A stretch of DNA of 40,137 nt from Escherichia phage vB_Eco_Bam, in the sequence record OW991346. The stretch is one strand, 5' to 3'. Under the pieces are notes generated by a model that saw only the letters and a list, made by a program, of their open reading frames with translations, was not told where the DNA came from and did no database searches. Made by a program: the position numbers and the translations under genes. Positions 1 through 9,456 of the stretch are shown one piece after another. How positions within the stretch are numbered: position 1 is the stretch's first letter; every line of letters begins with the position of its first letter.

Positions 1-2685
1 ATGATTAACTTTGATAACATTCAGCGTAATGACTTCTCTGATGTGAAGAACGCCATTATGCCATTCAACGTACTGGCTGATGCTTACGGTGAATATCTGG
101 CTGGTGAACAACTGCGTTTAGAGCATGAGTCCTACCAGATGGGCGAGGAACGTTTCATCAAGGCGTTCGAGTCTGCCTGTAAGCGTGGTGAACTCGGTGA
201 TTCTCTGGTGGCTCGCCCGTTACTGGAAACCTTGGTTCCTGCACTGAGTGAAGCAACTAAAGCATTCTTAGCTCAAGGTGGTCGTGGTCGTCCGCATGTG
301 TCTAAGCAATACCTGAGCCGTATTGACACCGACCTTGCTGCCTTTATCACCATCAAAGTTGTGCTGATGTCCTTGGGTTCTCCTGCGACAGGCAAAGTAA
401 ACAATCACGGTGCTGTTACTGGTGCTAACATGCAGTCAGTCTGTATGTCTATCTCCAAGGCTATCGAGGAGGAGTGCCGCTTCGGTCGCATTCGTGAAGA
501 AGAAGCACAGCATTTCAAGAATCGCGTTAAACCATCGCTGGATAAGCGCCAAGGTCTGCTGTACAAGCGTGAGTACATGAAGGCTGTTGAAGCTGGCATG
601 ATTGCTAAAGGCGAGTTGGATAGTCACTTTGAGGAGTGGCCGCGCGATGAAGCATACCATGTTGGTGTCAAGATGTTGGAGCTGCTGATTGAATCAACTG
701 GTCTGTGCGAGATTGTACGCAAGAACGCTGGTAATCCTAAGTTAGACCGCTACGAAGTGGAACTGACCGAAGAATACGCTGACAAGCTGACCTCTCGTGT
801 GTCTGCCTTGGCTGGTATCTCACCTGTTAAGCAACCTTGTGTAGTACCACCTAAGCCTTGGACTGGTATCATCGGCGGTGGCTATTGGGCAAAAGGTCGC
901 AAGCCTTTGCGTCTGATTCGTACCGGAACTAAACGCGCTCTGATGCGCTACAACGATGTGGATATGCCAGATGTGTACAAAGCTATCAACATCATTCAGA
1001 ACACCGCTTGGAAGGTCAATGCGGACGTGCTGAAGGTAGCTAACGAGATTGTCTACTGGAAGCATTGCCCTGTTGAAGACATCCCACAACTGGACAAGCT
1101 GGATAAACCTGTACGTCCTGAAGGTATTGATGAAGATGAAGCCCTGCTGAAGAAGTGGAAGAAGAACGCTGCGACCATCTACCGCAAGGAGAAAGCCCGT
1201 CAGTCTCGCCGCTTGTCTCTTGACTTCATGATGGCACAAGCTAACAAGTTCGCTCAGTACGATGCCATTTGGTTCCCGTACACAATGGACTGGCGCGGTC
1301 GTGTATATGCTGAGCCAATGTTTAACCCACAAGGTAACGACCTGACCAAAGGTCTGTTAACTTTCGCTAACGGCTGTGAGCTGGGTTCTGAAGGTGCTTA
1401 CTGGCTGGCGGTGCATGGCTCCAACTGTGCGGGTGTCGATAAAGTATCACTGGACGACCGCGTTAAGTGGGTGTACGAGAACGAAGAAAACATCTTGGCA
1501 TCCGCTGAGAACCCATTAGACTGCACTTGGTGGGCGGAACAAGACTCCCCATTCTGCTTCTTAGCATTCTGCTTCGAGTGGGCAGGGTACGTTAAGTCTG
1601 GCCGTAGTGAAGGCTATGTGTCTCACCTGCCACTGGCATTCGATGGTACTTGCTCCGGTCTGCAACACTTCTCTGCAATGCTGCGTGATGAAGTTGGTGG
1701 TGCTGCTGTTAACCTGCTGCCTGCTGACAAACCACAAGACATCTACGGTATTGTTGCCCAGAAAGTAAACGTCCTGTTGGAGCGTGACCTGTTGAACGGC
1801 ACCGAGGACAGCACCAAGATTGTTGTCGATAAGAAGACAGGTGAACAGATTGAGAAGTTTGTTCTGGGTACACGTAACGCTGCTAAACAATGGCTGCAAC
1901 ACGGTGTAAACCGTAGCGTAACCAAGCGTTCTGTGATGACTCTGGCATACGGTTCCAAGAAGTACGGCTTTGCCGAGCAAATCATGGAGGATACTTTACG
2001 TCCTGCCATTGATAAAGGCGAAGGTAATCAGTTCACTGCACCTAACCAAGCTGCAATGTATCTGGCTGGTCTTATCTGGGACTGTGTATCAACTACCGTA
2101 ATCGCTGCGGTACAAGCTATGGAATGGTTGCAGAAGTCCGCTGCTCTGATTAGTTCAGAAGTGCGAGACAAGAAGACCAAGGAGCTGTTAAAGCCTGCTC
2201 TGCCTATTCACTGGACTACTCCTAACGGGTTCCCTGTTTGGTCAGAGTACATGATTCAGGAGGAGAAGCGCATTGAAGCGACTCTGTTTGGTGAACTGCG
2301 TATCCGCAACACTATCAAGCTGCGTGATACCGCCAAGATTGACGCTCAAGCTCAGGCTTCTGGTATTGCACCTAACTTCATCCATAGCAACGATGCGTCT
2401 CACCTGCAAATGACCGCTGTGTACTGCCACGATGTGTACGGGATTGTTGACTTTGCATTCATCCACGACTCATTCGGTTGTCACGCTGGTAAAGCTCACC
2501 TGCTGTTCAAAGGTGTGCGTGAGACAATGGTTAAGACTTACAGTGAACACGATGTAATCGCTGAGTTCTATGAGCAATTCGCTGAGCAACTGCACGAGTC
2601 CCAACTGGACAAGATGCCAGCTCTTCCTGAGAAGGGTAACTTAGACCTGAACGAAATCCTGAAGTCACTGTACACTTTCAGTTAA
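1..2685 (+). CDS. gp1: DNA-directed RNA polymerase, single-subunit T7-type (gene 1)
   Basis: 894-aa ORF; N-terminus MINFDNIQRNDFSD and blocks such as WFPYTMDWRGRVYA, DGTCSGLQHFSAMLRDEVGG, FIHDSFG and the C-terminal LPEKGNLDLNEILKS match T7 RNAP (883 aa) along the whole length from memory. Window starts at its ATG. Confidence 0.97.
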   Translation: MINFDNIQRNDFSDVKNAIMPFNVLADAYGEYLAGEQLRLEHESYQMGEERFIKAFESACKRGELGDSLVARPLLETLVPALSEATKAFLAQGGRGRPHVSKQYLSRIDTDLAAFITIKVVLMSLGSPATGKVNNHGAVTGANMQSVCMSISKAIEEECRFGRIREEEAQHFKNRVKPSLDKRQGLLYKREYMKAVEAGMIAKGELDSHFEEWPRDEAYHVGVKMLELLIESTGLCEIVRKNAGNPKLDRYEVELTEEYADKLTSRVSALAGISPVKQPCVVPPKPWTGIIGGGYWAKGRKPLRLIRTGTKRALMRYNDVDMPDVYKAINIIQNTAWKVNADVLKVANEIVYWKHCPVEDIPQLDKLDKPVRPEGIDEDEALLKKWKKNAATIYRKEKARQSRRLSLDFMMAQANKFAQYDAIWFPYTMDWRGRVYAEPMFNPQGNDLTKGLLTFANGCELGSEGAYWLAVHGSNCAGVDKVSLDDRVKWVYENEENILASAENPLDCTWWAEQDSPFCFLAFCFEWAGYVKSGRSEGYVSHLPLAFDGTCSGLQHFSAMLRDEVGGAAVNLLPADKPQDIYGIVAQKVNVLLERDLLNGTEDSTKIVVDKKTGEQIEKFVLGTRNAAKQWLQHGVNRSVTKRSVMTLAYGSKKYGFAEQIMEDTLRPAIDKGEGNQFTAPNQAAMYLAGLIWDCVSTTVIAAVQAMEWLQKSAALISSEVRDKKTKELLKPALPIHWTTPNGFPVWSEYMIQEEKRIEATLFGELRIRNTIKLRDTAKIDAQAQASGIAPNFIHSNDASHLQMTAVYCHDVYGIVDFAFIHDSFGCHAGKAHLLFKGVRETMVKTYSEHDVIAEFYEQFAEQLHESQLDKMPALPEKGNLDLNEILKSLYTFS

Positions 2686-2704
2686 TAACACCCACTATGG
2701 GACA
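2683..2704 (+). promoter_or_regulatory. phage RNAP promoter, variant (TAATAACACCCACTATGGGACA)
   Basis: Matches the consensus core CACCCACTAT; initiating region GGGA instead of TGGAGA. Directly after the gene 1 stop. Confidence 0.5.
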
Positions 2705-2722
2705 GACAATCCGGTTTGTCCC
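2699..2722 (+). other. 5' leader hairpin at the transcription start
   Basis: GGGACAGAC-AATCCG-GTTTGTCCC, 9-bp stem beginning at the predicted +1, analogous to the stem-loop at the 5' end of T7 late transcripts. Confidence 0.5.
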
Positions 2723-2749
2723 TAATTACTTAACATTTAGGAGGATAAA

Positions 2750-3247
2750 ATGGTTGACTTTTCTGCTGTTGCTGCTGTTGGTTGTGGTGTTCTGAGCATT
2801 GTGTCTTGCGTCCTGATGTCTAAGCGAAGCATGGACAAGGAAGACATGAAGGTACTGCGCGGCCAAGTCCATGAGTTGAACCAAAAGCTGAAGGCTGAAA
2901 AAGAGTACAACGAGTACATGAAGAAAGACTACAAGTCACGCGAGATTGACTGGATGGGCAAGGTCATTGATGAACAACGGGTAGCCAAGGTGCTGCGTGA
3001 CGAGTTAGGTAAAGCACGTAAGCAACTGAACGAGAAGTTACAACCTGCTACTGTGCAGTGTGACGGGGTGTCTATCCGCTTGGACTCCAAGACTTCAATG
3101 AACTTCTCGGTAGGAAAAGTGATTAAAGAACTGTCACTCTCTGTGCTCGGTAACACTGTGACGGTCACTGTAGTTAAACACAATGGAATTGTTAAATCAC
3201 ATACATTCCAGAACGTGAGCTATAGTTACCGACAAGCGCAGCAATAA
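2750..3247 (+). CDS. hypothetical membrane-anchored coiled-coil protein
   Basis: 165-aa ORF with RBS AGGAGG 7 nt upstream of ATG; N-terminal hydrophobic helix (FSAVAAVGCGVLSIVSCVLM), then a charged heptad-like region, then a beta-rich C-terminus. No recognisable T7 counterpart. Confidence 0.6.
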   Translation: MVDFSAVAAVGCGVLSIVSCVLMSKRSMDKEDMKVLRGQVHELNQKLKAEKEYNEYMKKDYKSREIDWMGKVIDEQRVAKVLRDELGKARKQLNEKLQPATVQCDGVSIRLDSKTSMNFSVGKVIKELSLSVLGNTVTVTVVKHNGIVKSHTFQNVSYSYRQAQQ

Positions 3248-3254
3248 CAATAAC

Positions 3255-3293
3255 TTAGGGTAGTCTGTAATGGGCTACCCTTTTGTCGTTTGT
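3255..3293 (+). terminator. rho-independent terminator (early terminator, TE-like)
   Basis: 9-bp stem AGGGTAGTC / GGCTACCCT with 7-nt loop, followed by TTTTGTCGTTTG. Confidence 0.6.
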
Positions 3294-3303
3294 TAATGCC
3301 ACT

Positions 3304-3325
3304 AATTAACACCCACTATTGGAAT
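3304..3325 (+). promoter_or_regulatory. phage RNAP promoter (AATTAACACCCACTATTGGAAT)
   Basis: Near-perfect match to the ~18-copy consensus AATTAACACCCACTATTGGAGA; first of a tandem pair. Confidence 0.7.
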
Positions 3326-3458
3326 ATAATGACAATAACACTAAGTCTATAAACATTAAGTCTATAACTTATTGTCTATACATTTTGTCTTATTGTTATA
3401 TTAATTATTTAACACCCACTATTGGAAACATTAAGTCTAAACACTAAGAGGAAACATT
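3326..3458 (+). other. candidate primary origin of replication (tandem promoters with AT-rich repeated element)
   Basis: AT-rich tract between and after two tandem phage promoters containing repeated TAAGTCTATAA / TTGTCTATACA motifs. T7's primary origin has the same architecture after gene 1. Confidence 0.4.
3407..3428 (+). promoter_or_regulatory. phage RNAP promoter (ATTTAACACCCACTATTGGAAA)
   Basis: Consensus match; 103 bp after the previous promoter; precedes the methyltransferase gene. Confidence 0.7.
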
Positions 3459-4184
3459 ATGTTAGGTGGAGCACCATTTCAGATTGTACAACCTAAAGAG
3501 CCAGTGAAGTTCGGTGGATTAGGTCACGCTAATGTAGGCATAAAGTCATTACCTAAAGACCGTGGTGTATCATGGTCTGACTTCTATAAGGGTCGCTTAG
3601 GTCAGTCCTATGTTAGTCATGTGTACAAGAACTATAAGGTACATATTGAAGCTATTCGCAGATACATCATTCAGCTATCGCTCAGTAAGAACAGCTCAAT
3701 CAAACCACTACGTGTAGTCGAAGCTGGTTGTGGTATCGGGTCTATCACACTGAACCTTGCTGATATGTCAGACCATAAGACAGTTATCTGCTCAGGCTTT
3801 GATGTGTCAGAAGGACAAGTTGTTAACTCTCGTGAGAACGCATTGCTTAACAATGTGGGTGACAGAGTGTCCTTTCATAAAGGTGACATCTTTAATAGTG
3901 ACGTATATAAAGATGCCCACATCATTCACTCTCATGGTGTCTTAGAACACTTCAGTGACGATGACATTATGAAAATCCTATTGACACAACTCAGTTCTCC
4001 TAACGTTCGGTATGTCATTCACTATGTACCACTGGAAGGATGGAAGACTCCCTCTTATGGTGATGAACGCCTGTTACCGCTGACACATTGGGTCAATGAG
4101 TTCGCTCCTACCCGTACCGTTGCGTTCAACGATGGTAAAGACGCTGTGCTAATCTGGGACGTTGAGTCTTTACTTCGCAATTAA
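3459..4184 (+). CDS. class I SAM-dependent methyltransferase (substrate unknown)
   Basis: 241 aa; motif I VVEAGCGIGSIT, acidic post-I residue in ICSGFDVSE, motif II VSFHKGDIFN, motif III HSHGVLEHF. No DPPY/NPPY amino-methyltransferase motif seen. Downstream of a phage promoter. Confidence 0.8.
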   Translation: MLGGAPFQIVQPKEPVKFGGLGHANVGIKSLPKDRGVSWSDFYKGRLGQSYVSHVYKNYKVHIEAIRRYIIQLSLSKNSSIKPLRVVEAGCGIGSITLNLADMSDHKTVICSGFDVSEGQVVNSRENALLNNVGDRVSFHKGDIFNSDVYKDAHIIHSHGVLEHFSDDDIMKILLTQLSSPNVRYVIHYVPLEGWKTPSYGDERLLPLTHWVNEFAPTRTVAFNDGKDAVLIWDVESLLRN

Positions 4185-4200
4185 CACCCACTATTGGAGA
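4179..4200 (+). promoter_or_regulatory. phage RNAP promoter (AATTAACACCCACTATTGGAGA)
   Basis: Exact consensus; overlaps the methyltransferase stop; precedes ligase. Confidence 0.8.
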
Positions 4201-4282
4201 ACATCGTGTATGAACACTGCTGATATTCTCGCTATCAACTCTATGTTTCAATCCTTATACAAATCCATTGGAGGTAATTCAA

Positions 4283-5254
4283 ATGTTTACAATCAATCCG
4301 GCAAAGCCAGTAGCGTACAAAGAGTCAGCGATTCAGAAAGCTCTGGACAAGTCCGGTTCCCTAATCGCAGACCGCAAGTACGATGGAGTCCGTTGCCACA
4401 TCGTGATTAAACCCACGGCTGACATCAATGGTCGTCCTGCTGCCCGTGCGTACTTCCTGAGTCGTACTAACAAGATGATTGCTGCCTTGCGTAGTGCTTG
4501 GTTGAGCAACGAGGAGCAGCTAGCCTTGGGTCAATTCCTGCAAGAGTCACGCTGGCCTGAAGGCATTGTGCTGGACGGGGAGGCGATGGTTAAAGGTATG
4601 GACTTCAATGCTTCTTCAGGTCGCCTGCGGTCAGACGCTCAGTTACCACTAAGTCAATTGACCTATGTGCTGTACGGTGTGTTGCCTGCTTCTGAGTTGG
4701 AAGCATCCGAGACTGCTGACTTGAGTCTGTCCAATGTGATGATTCAGGTTATCTCTCAAGTCACCATCCATCAGCTAAAGGAACTGCTGAAACCTATTGA
4801 CTGGCAACTGGCTGAGTCATGGGACGTGTACGACATGGAGCAAATCAATGAGCTGTTTGAAGAACAGTTATCATTAGGCCGTGAAGGTCTGGTACTTAAA
4901 GACCCTATGGCACCGTGGAAGCGCGGAAAGAAAACCGGATGGTGGAAGGTGAAGAACGAAGACACCATTGACGGTAATGTAGTTGGCGTAGTGTGGGGAA
5001 CTGAAGGCAAGGCCAATGAAGGCAAAGTGATTGGCTTCGAGGTCTTACTAGAGAATGGCGTTGTGGTGAATGCCTGTGGTCTGACTCAAGACCAGATGGT
5101 TCGATTCACTAGCAACATCAAGTTGAACCCTGATTACTACAAAGATTGGGCTGTTCAGGTTAAGTTCATGGAGCGTACACCTGATGGTTCACTGCGTCAC
5201 CCTAGCTTTGACTGCTGGCGTGGCATGGCTGGGCATGAAACGGAGAAAATGTAA
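4283..5254 (+). CDS. gp1.3: ATP-dependent DNA ligase (T7 gene 1.3-like)
   Basis: Ligase motif I KYDGVRC (adenylation lysine). ATG at 4283 follows RBS GGAGGT; the track ORF begins at an upstream TTG at 4268. Confidence 0.9.
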   Translation: MFTINPAKPVAYKESAIQKALDKSGSLIADRKYDGVRCHIVIKPTADINGRPAARAYFLSRTNKMIAALRSAWLSNEEQLALGQFLQESRWPEGIVLDGEAMVKGMDFNASSGRLRSDAQLPLSQLTYVLYGVLPASELEASETADLSLSNVMIQVISQVTIHQLKELLKPIDWQLAESWDVYDMEQINELFEEQLSLGREGLVLKDPMAPWKRGKKTGWWKVKNEDTIDGNVVGVVWGTEGKANEGKVIGFEVLLENGVVVNACGLTQDQMVRFTSNIKLNPDYYKDWAVQVKFMERTPDGSLRHPSFDCWRGMAGHETEKM

Positions 5255-5322
5255 TGACTGTAGCCGTTATGTTCTTGGTTGTCGTAGGTCTGAGTATTGC
5301 AGCCTATGTGTCATCTCATTAA
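5254..5322 (+). CDS. possible 22-aa hydrophobic peptide
   Basis: ATG overlaps the ligase stop (TAATG); GGAG 8 nt upstream; product MTVAVMFLVVVGLSIAAYVSSH is a single hydrophobic helix. Very short; speculative. Confidence 0.2.
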   Translation: MTVAVMFLVVVGLSIAAYVSSH

Positions 5323-5342
5323 TTATCACCCACTATTGGAGA
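5321..5342 (+). promoter_or_regulatory. phage RNAP promoter (AATTATCACCCACTATTGGAGA)
   Basis: One mismatch to consensus. Confidence 0.65.
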
Positions 5343-5347
5343 ACATC

Positions 5348-5467
5348 ATGTTTATTTCCTATTGTTCACTGCTTGGTGCATCCTGTGGGTCTGCTCACGA
5401 GACGAACACCGTTGCAAATACTGTGGCGCTCCTTACTCTGAGTGCTTCTGTAAACATTCCTAATTAA
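5348..5467 (+). CDS. possible 39-aa protein
   Basis: ATG immediately after the promoter at 5321-5342; product MFISYCSLLGASCGSAHETNTVANTVALLTLSASVNIPN. No clear RBS. Confidence 0.2.
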   Translation: MFISYCSLLGASCGSAHETNTVANTVALLTLSASVNIPN

Positions 5468-5483
5468 CCACCACTATTGGAGA
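5462..5483 (+). promoter_or_regulatory. phage RNAP promoter, variant (AATTAACCACCACTATTGGAGA)
   Basis: Two mismatches in the upstream half; precedes the dNMP kinase. Confidence 0.6.
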
Positions 5484-5491
5484 ACATCATT

Positions 5492-6232
5492 ATGATTCAT
5501 GTACATCTGCCAACAATCATTGGTATCTGCGCTCATGCACCACGTTCAGGTAAAGACACTCTGGCTGACTACATCGAGCGAGAAGCTGAGACCAAGGGTC
5601 TGCGCTATTTCCGTATTGCCTTCGGTGACTTGCTGCGTGAGGTAGTATCAACACTGTTCGGTATGAACTCTCGTGACTACGTTATGGCTGCTCTGCTGGG
5701 TTCCATGAAAGACGTAGCTCATGGTCGGTACAGTATCCGTAACCTAGAGAACGAATCCCTTAAAGAGTTCCTGATTGGAACCTTGGGATTAGACCCAGAC
5801 GAACCACGTTCCCCACGTTTCTATATGCAGCGTGTAGGCAACGACTACGTTAAGGGTCACTTAGGTCTTGAGAGCATGTGGGTTGACGCTGTGGGTACAC
5901 AGATTACCACTCGCCTGTTGTACGGTAACGCTCCTGACTTGGTGATTATCACAGATGTCCGCTCACCTAATGAGTTCGACTATGTGACTGAATGTGGGTT
6001 CTCGGTTGAAGTTAAGACTCAGGGCTTCCCTGCCTTGACTCACTCTGCTAAACCTGACACCTCTCACCCTGTAGAGAATCACCGCTTTGACTGTGACTTT
6101 GTGTTCACCAATGTGTATGGTGACATGCAGTCCCTTCAGTATCAGCTCCGTGAGTCTGGTCTGATTGATGCAGTCATTGAGCGTAACGAGATATTGAAGC
6201 AACGTGTATTTGAACAGGAGGATTACCAGTGA
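5492..6232 (+). CDS. deoxynucleoside monophosphate kinase, T4 gp1-like P-loop type
   Basis: P-loop context GICAHAPRSGKDTLADYI resembles the T4 dNMP kinase N-terminus (SGVKRSGKDTTADFI) from memory. Unlike T7 gp1.7, which lacks this P-loop. Track ORF begins at TTG 5477; ATG at 5492 chosen. Confidence 0.7.
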   Translation: MIHVHLPTIIGICAHAPRSGKDTLADYIEREAETKGLRYFRIAFGDLLREVVSTLFGMNSRDYVMAALLGSMKDVAHGRYSIRNLENESLKEFLIGTLGLDPDEPRSPRFYMQRVGNDYVKGHLGLESMWVDAVGTQITTRLLYGNAPDLVIITDVRSPNEFDYVTECGFSVEVKTQGFPALTHSAKPDTSHPVENHRFDCDFVFTNVYGDMQSLQYQLRESGLIDAVIERNEILKQRVFEQEDYQ

Positions 6233-6396
6233 AGCGATTCGTTATCCATCTTGAACGTGAAGGTTCCAATGAGGAAGAACGCACTGTTATCTTGGCGCGT
6301 GACCTAGACCATGCACTAGACAAAGCTCACTCTTTGTACGGTGAGGACGTGGTAACTCGTGTCCGTCCTGAATTAACACCCACTATTGGAAACTAA
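6229..6396 (+). CDS. gp2: host RNA polymerase inhibitor (T7 gp2-like)
   Basis: 55-aa ORF missing from the ORF track (below its length cut-off). GTG start 6 nt after RBS AGGAGGA; C-terminal ...GEDVVTRVRPELTP matches the T7 gp2 ...FEVTRVRPCVAPK region. Confidence 0.75.
   Translation: MKRFVIHLEREGSNEEERTVILARDLDHALDKAHSLYGEDVVTRVRPELTPTIGN
6371..6392 (+). promoter_or_regulatory. phage RNAP promoter (AATTAACACCCACTATTGGAAA)
   Basis: Consensus match inside the 3' end of the gp2-like gene. Confidence 0.7.
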
Positions 6397-6401
6397 ACTC
6401 T

Positions 6402-6451
6402 AAGATAAAACTCAAGGTCATTCGCACAGAGTGGCCTTTATGATTTATCTT
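6402..6451 (+). promoter_or_regulatory. RNase III-type processing site (two-stem hairpin)
   Basis: Upper stem AAGGTCATTC / GAGTGGCCTT (10 bp with G-U pairs), lower stem AAGATAAA / TTTATCTT, internal loop ACTC / TATGA; member of a six-copy family. Confidence 0.55.
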
Positions 6452-6480
6452 TGTTCAATAAACAACCAATGAGGTAAACA

Positions 6481-6666
6481 ATGCGTAACCCTGAAGTAGT
6501 AAAGATTAAATCAAACAAGGCTCGCCGTTCAGACGAGGAGATGGAACTCATTAATGAGCGTAAGTTCAAAGGTGAGGTACGCCGCAAGGTTCGTGCTGCT
6601 AAGCGTGAACGTACTCGTTTGTGGGCTGAAGGTGAATACGAAGGAGGTGACCGCTATGCGCACTGA
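6481..6666 (+). CDS. hypothetical small basic protein
   Basis: 61 aa, highly basic (KARR, RRKVRAAKRERTR); GAGGT upstream of ATG. Confidence 0.4.
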   Translation: MRNPEVVKIKSNKARRSDEEMELINERKFKGEVRRKVRAAKRERTRLWAEGEYEGGDRYAH

Positions 6667-6969
6667 TAAAGGTTATTCAAACTTGCGTTACTTCTCACGC
6701 CGTAAGGACGCTGGGATGATGGGTGTCTTTTATAATCATGTGCTGACACAAAAGCAGCAGAAGAATATTGAGACTATCCTGTTCAAATCTGGTGACGATG
6801 GTTACAATGCCATCAAGTTACCTAACGGTGAGATTCTATTTCATCGTGAGTTCCTTGAGGCAACATTCAAGAAGGCTGTGTCTGTGTACGCAAGCACTGT
6901 CGATATGTCCATTTCATCCAGTCTAGCATTCAAGGCATTAGGCGAAGTTCTTGAACTACGAGGTGCATA

Positions 6970-6970
<1 letters not shown>
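6656..6970 (+). CDS. hypothetical protein
   Basis: 104 aa from ATG 6656 with RBS GGAGGT 7 nt upstream; the track ORF starts earlier (6554) at a non-ATG codon. Confidence 0.5.
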
Positions 6971-8867
<1,897 letters not shown>

Positions 8868-9050
8868 ATGAAAGGTGCTATTATCTTCTACATTGTGATG
8901 ACTCTGCTGGCTTGTGCTGGTTGGATTACCAACATCGTCAATGTAATTACAGGCTTCCACCATGAGGTCGGTATCCTGTTTGTTGCTCAGTGCTTTGGCA
9001 TCGCCGCCTTCCCTCTTGGGTCTGTGCTGGGCATCGCCTCTTGGTTCTAA
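8868..9050 (+). CDS. hypothetical small membrane protein (two predicted TM helices)
   Basis: 60 aa; two hydrophobic segments; GGAGA 7 nt upstream of ATG. Confidence 0.5.
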   Translation: MKGAIIFYIVMTLLACAGWITNIVNVITGFHHEVGILFVAQCFGIAAFPLGSVLGIASWF

Positions 9051-9052
9051 CT

Positions 9053-9074
9053 AATTAACCCTGACTATTGGAAA
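9053..9074 (+). promoter_or_regulatory. phage promoter-like element, divergent (AATTAACCCTGACTATTGGAAA)
   Basis: Three changes in the recognition region (CCCTGACT vs CACCCACT); may be weak or non-functional. Confidence 0.4.
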
Positions 9075-9095
9075 CTAACATAAGGAGAATACACT

Positions 9096-9371
9096 ATGTC
9101 TATCGTTGCTAAAGTTCTGCCCGCTGTTCTGCGCTTTGTTATTCGTGCTTCTGTTAAAGCTCTGACCTCTGAGGTTAACGGCTCTGAAGCCAAGCGTAAG
9201 GCAATCCAAAAGAAACACGATGCGAAAGAAGCAAAGCTGCACACTAAGATTGAGGAGCTGCGCAAGCAACGTGAAGCTATCCGGTCTGCTCGTACCGAAG
9301 AAGTGTTTGCCAATACACGTAAGACACAGCAAGCACAAGACATGCTGGACAAACTGAGCAAGCTCGCCTAA
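9096..9371 (+). CDS. hypothetical coiled-coil protein
   Basis: 91 aa; RBS AAGGAGA; amphipathic N-terminus then charged helical region. Confidence 0.55.
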   Translation: MSIVAKVLPAVLRFVIRASVKALTSEVNGSEAKRKAIQKKHDAKEAKLHTKIEELRKQREAIRSARTEEVFANTRKTQQAQDMLDKLSKLA

Positions 9372-9411
9372 CAGTGTAAGACTAAAGGTCATTCTTCGGA
9401 GTGGCCTTTGT
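9367..9411 (+). promoter_or_regulatory. RNase III-type processing site (two-stem hairpin)
   Basis: Same conserved upper stem AAGGTCATTC-TTCG-GAGTGGCCTT; lower stem TGTAA / TTACA. Confidence 0.5.
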
Positions 9412-9456
9412 GAGTTACATTGTAAACAACCTGTAAATAAATAAGGAGGACTCCTA

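Noticed and set aside
405-2466. Several minus-strand ORFs (60-170 aa) inside the RNA polymerase gene
   Set aside because: All embedded antisense within a full-length conserved RNAP ORF; no start signals; composition consistent with chance open frames.
4162-4410. 82-aa + strand ORF overlapping the ligase start in another frame
   Set aside because: Non-ATG start inside the upstream promoter; overlaps the RBS and 5' end of the well-supported ligase; low-complexity product.
5184-5441. 85-aa + strand ORF spanning the ligase 3' end and a promoter
   Set aside because: Out of frame with ligase, runs through a promoter, Cys/Arg-rich improbable product; the short ORFs 5254-5322 and 5348-5467 explain the region better, and even those are low confidence.
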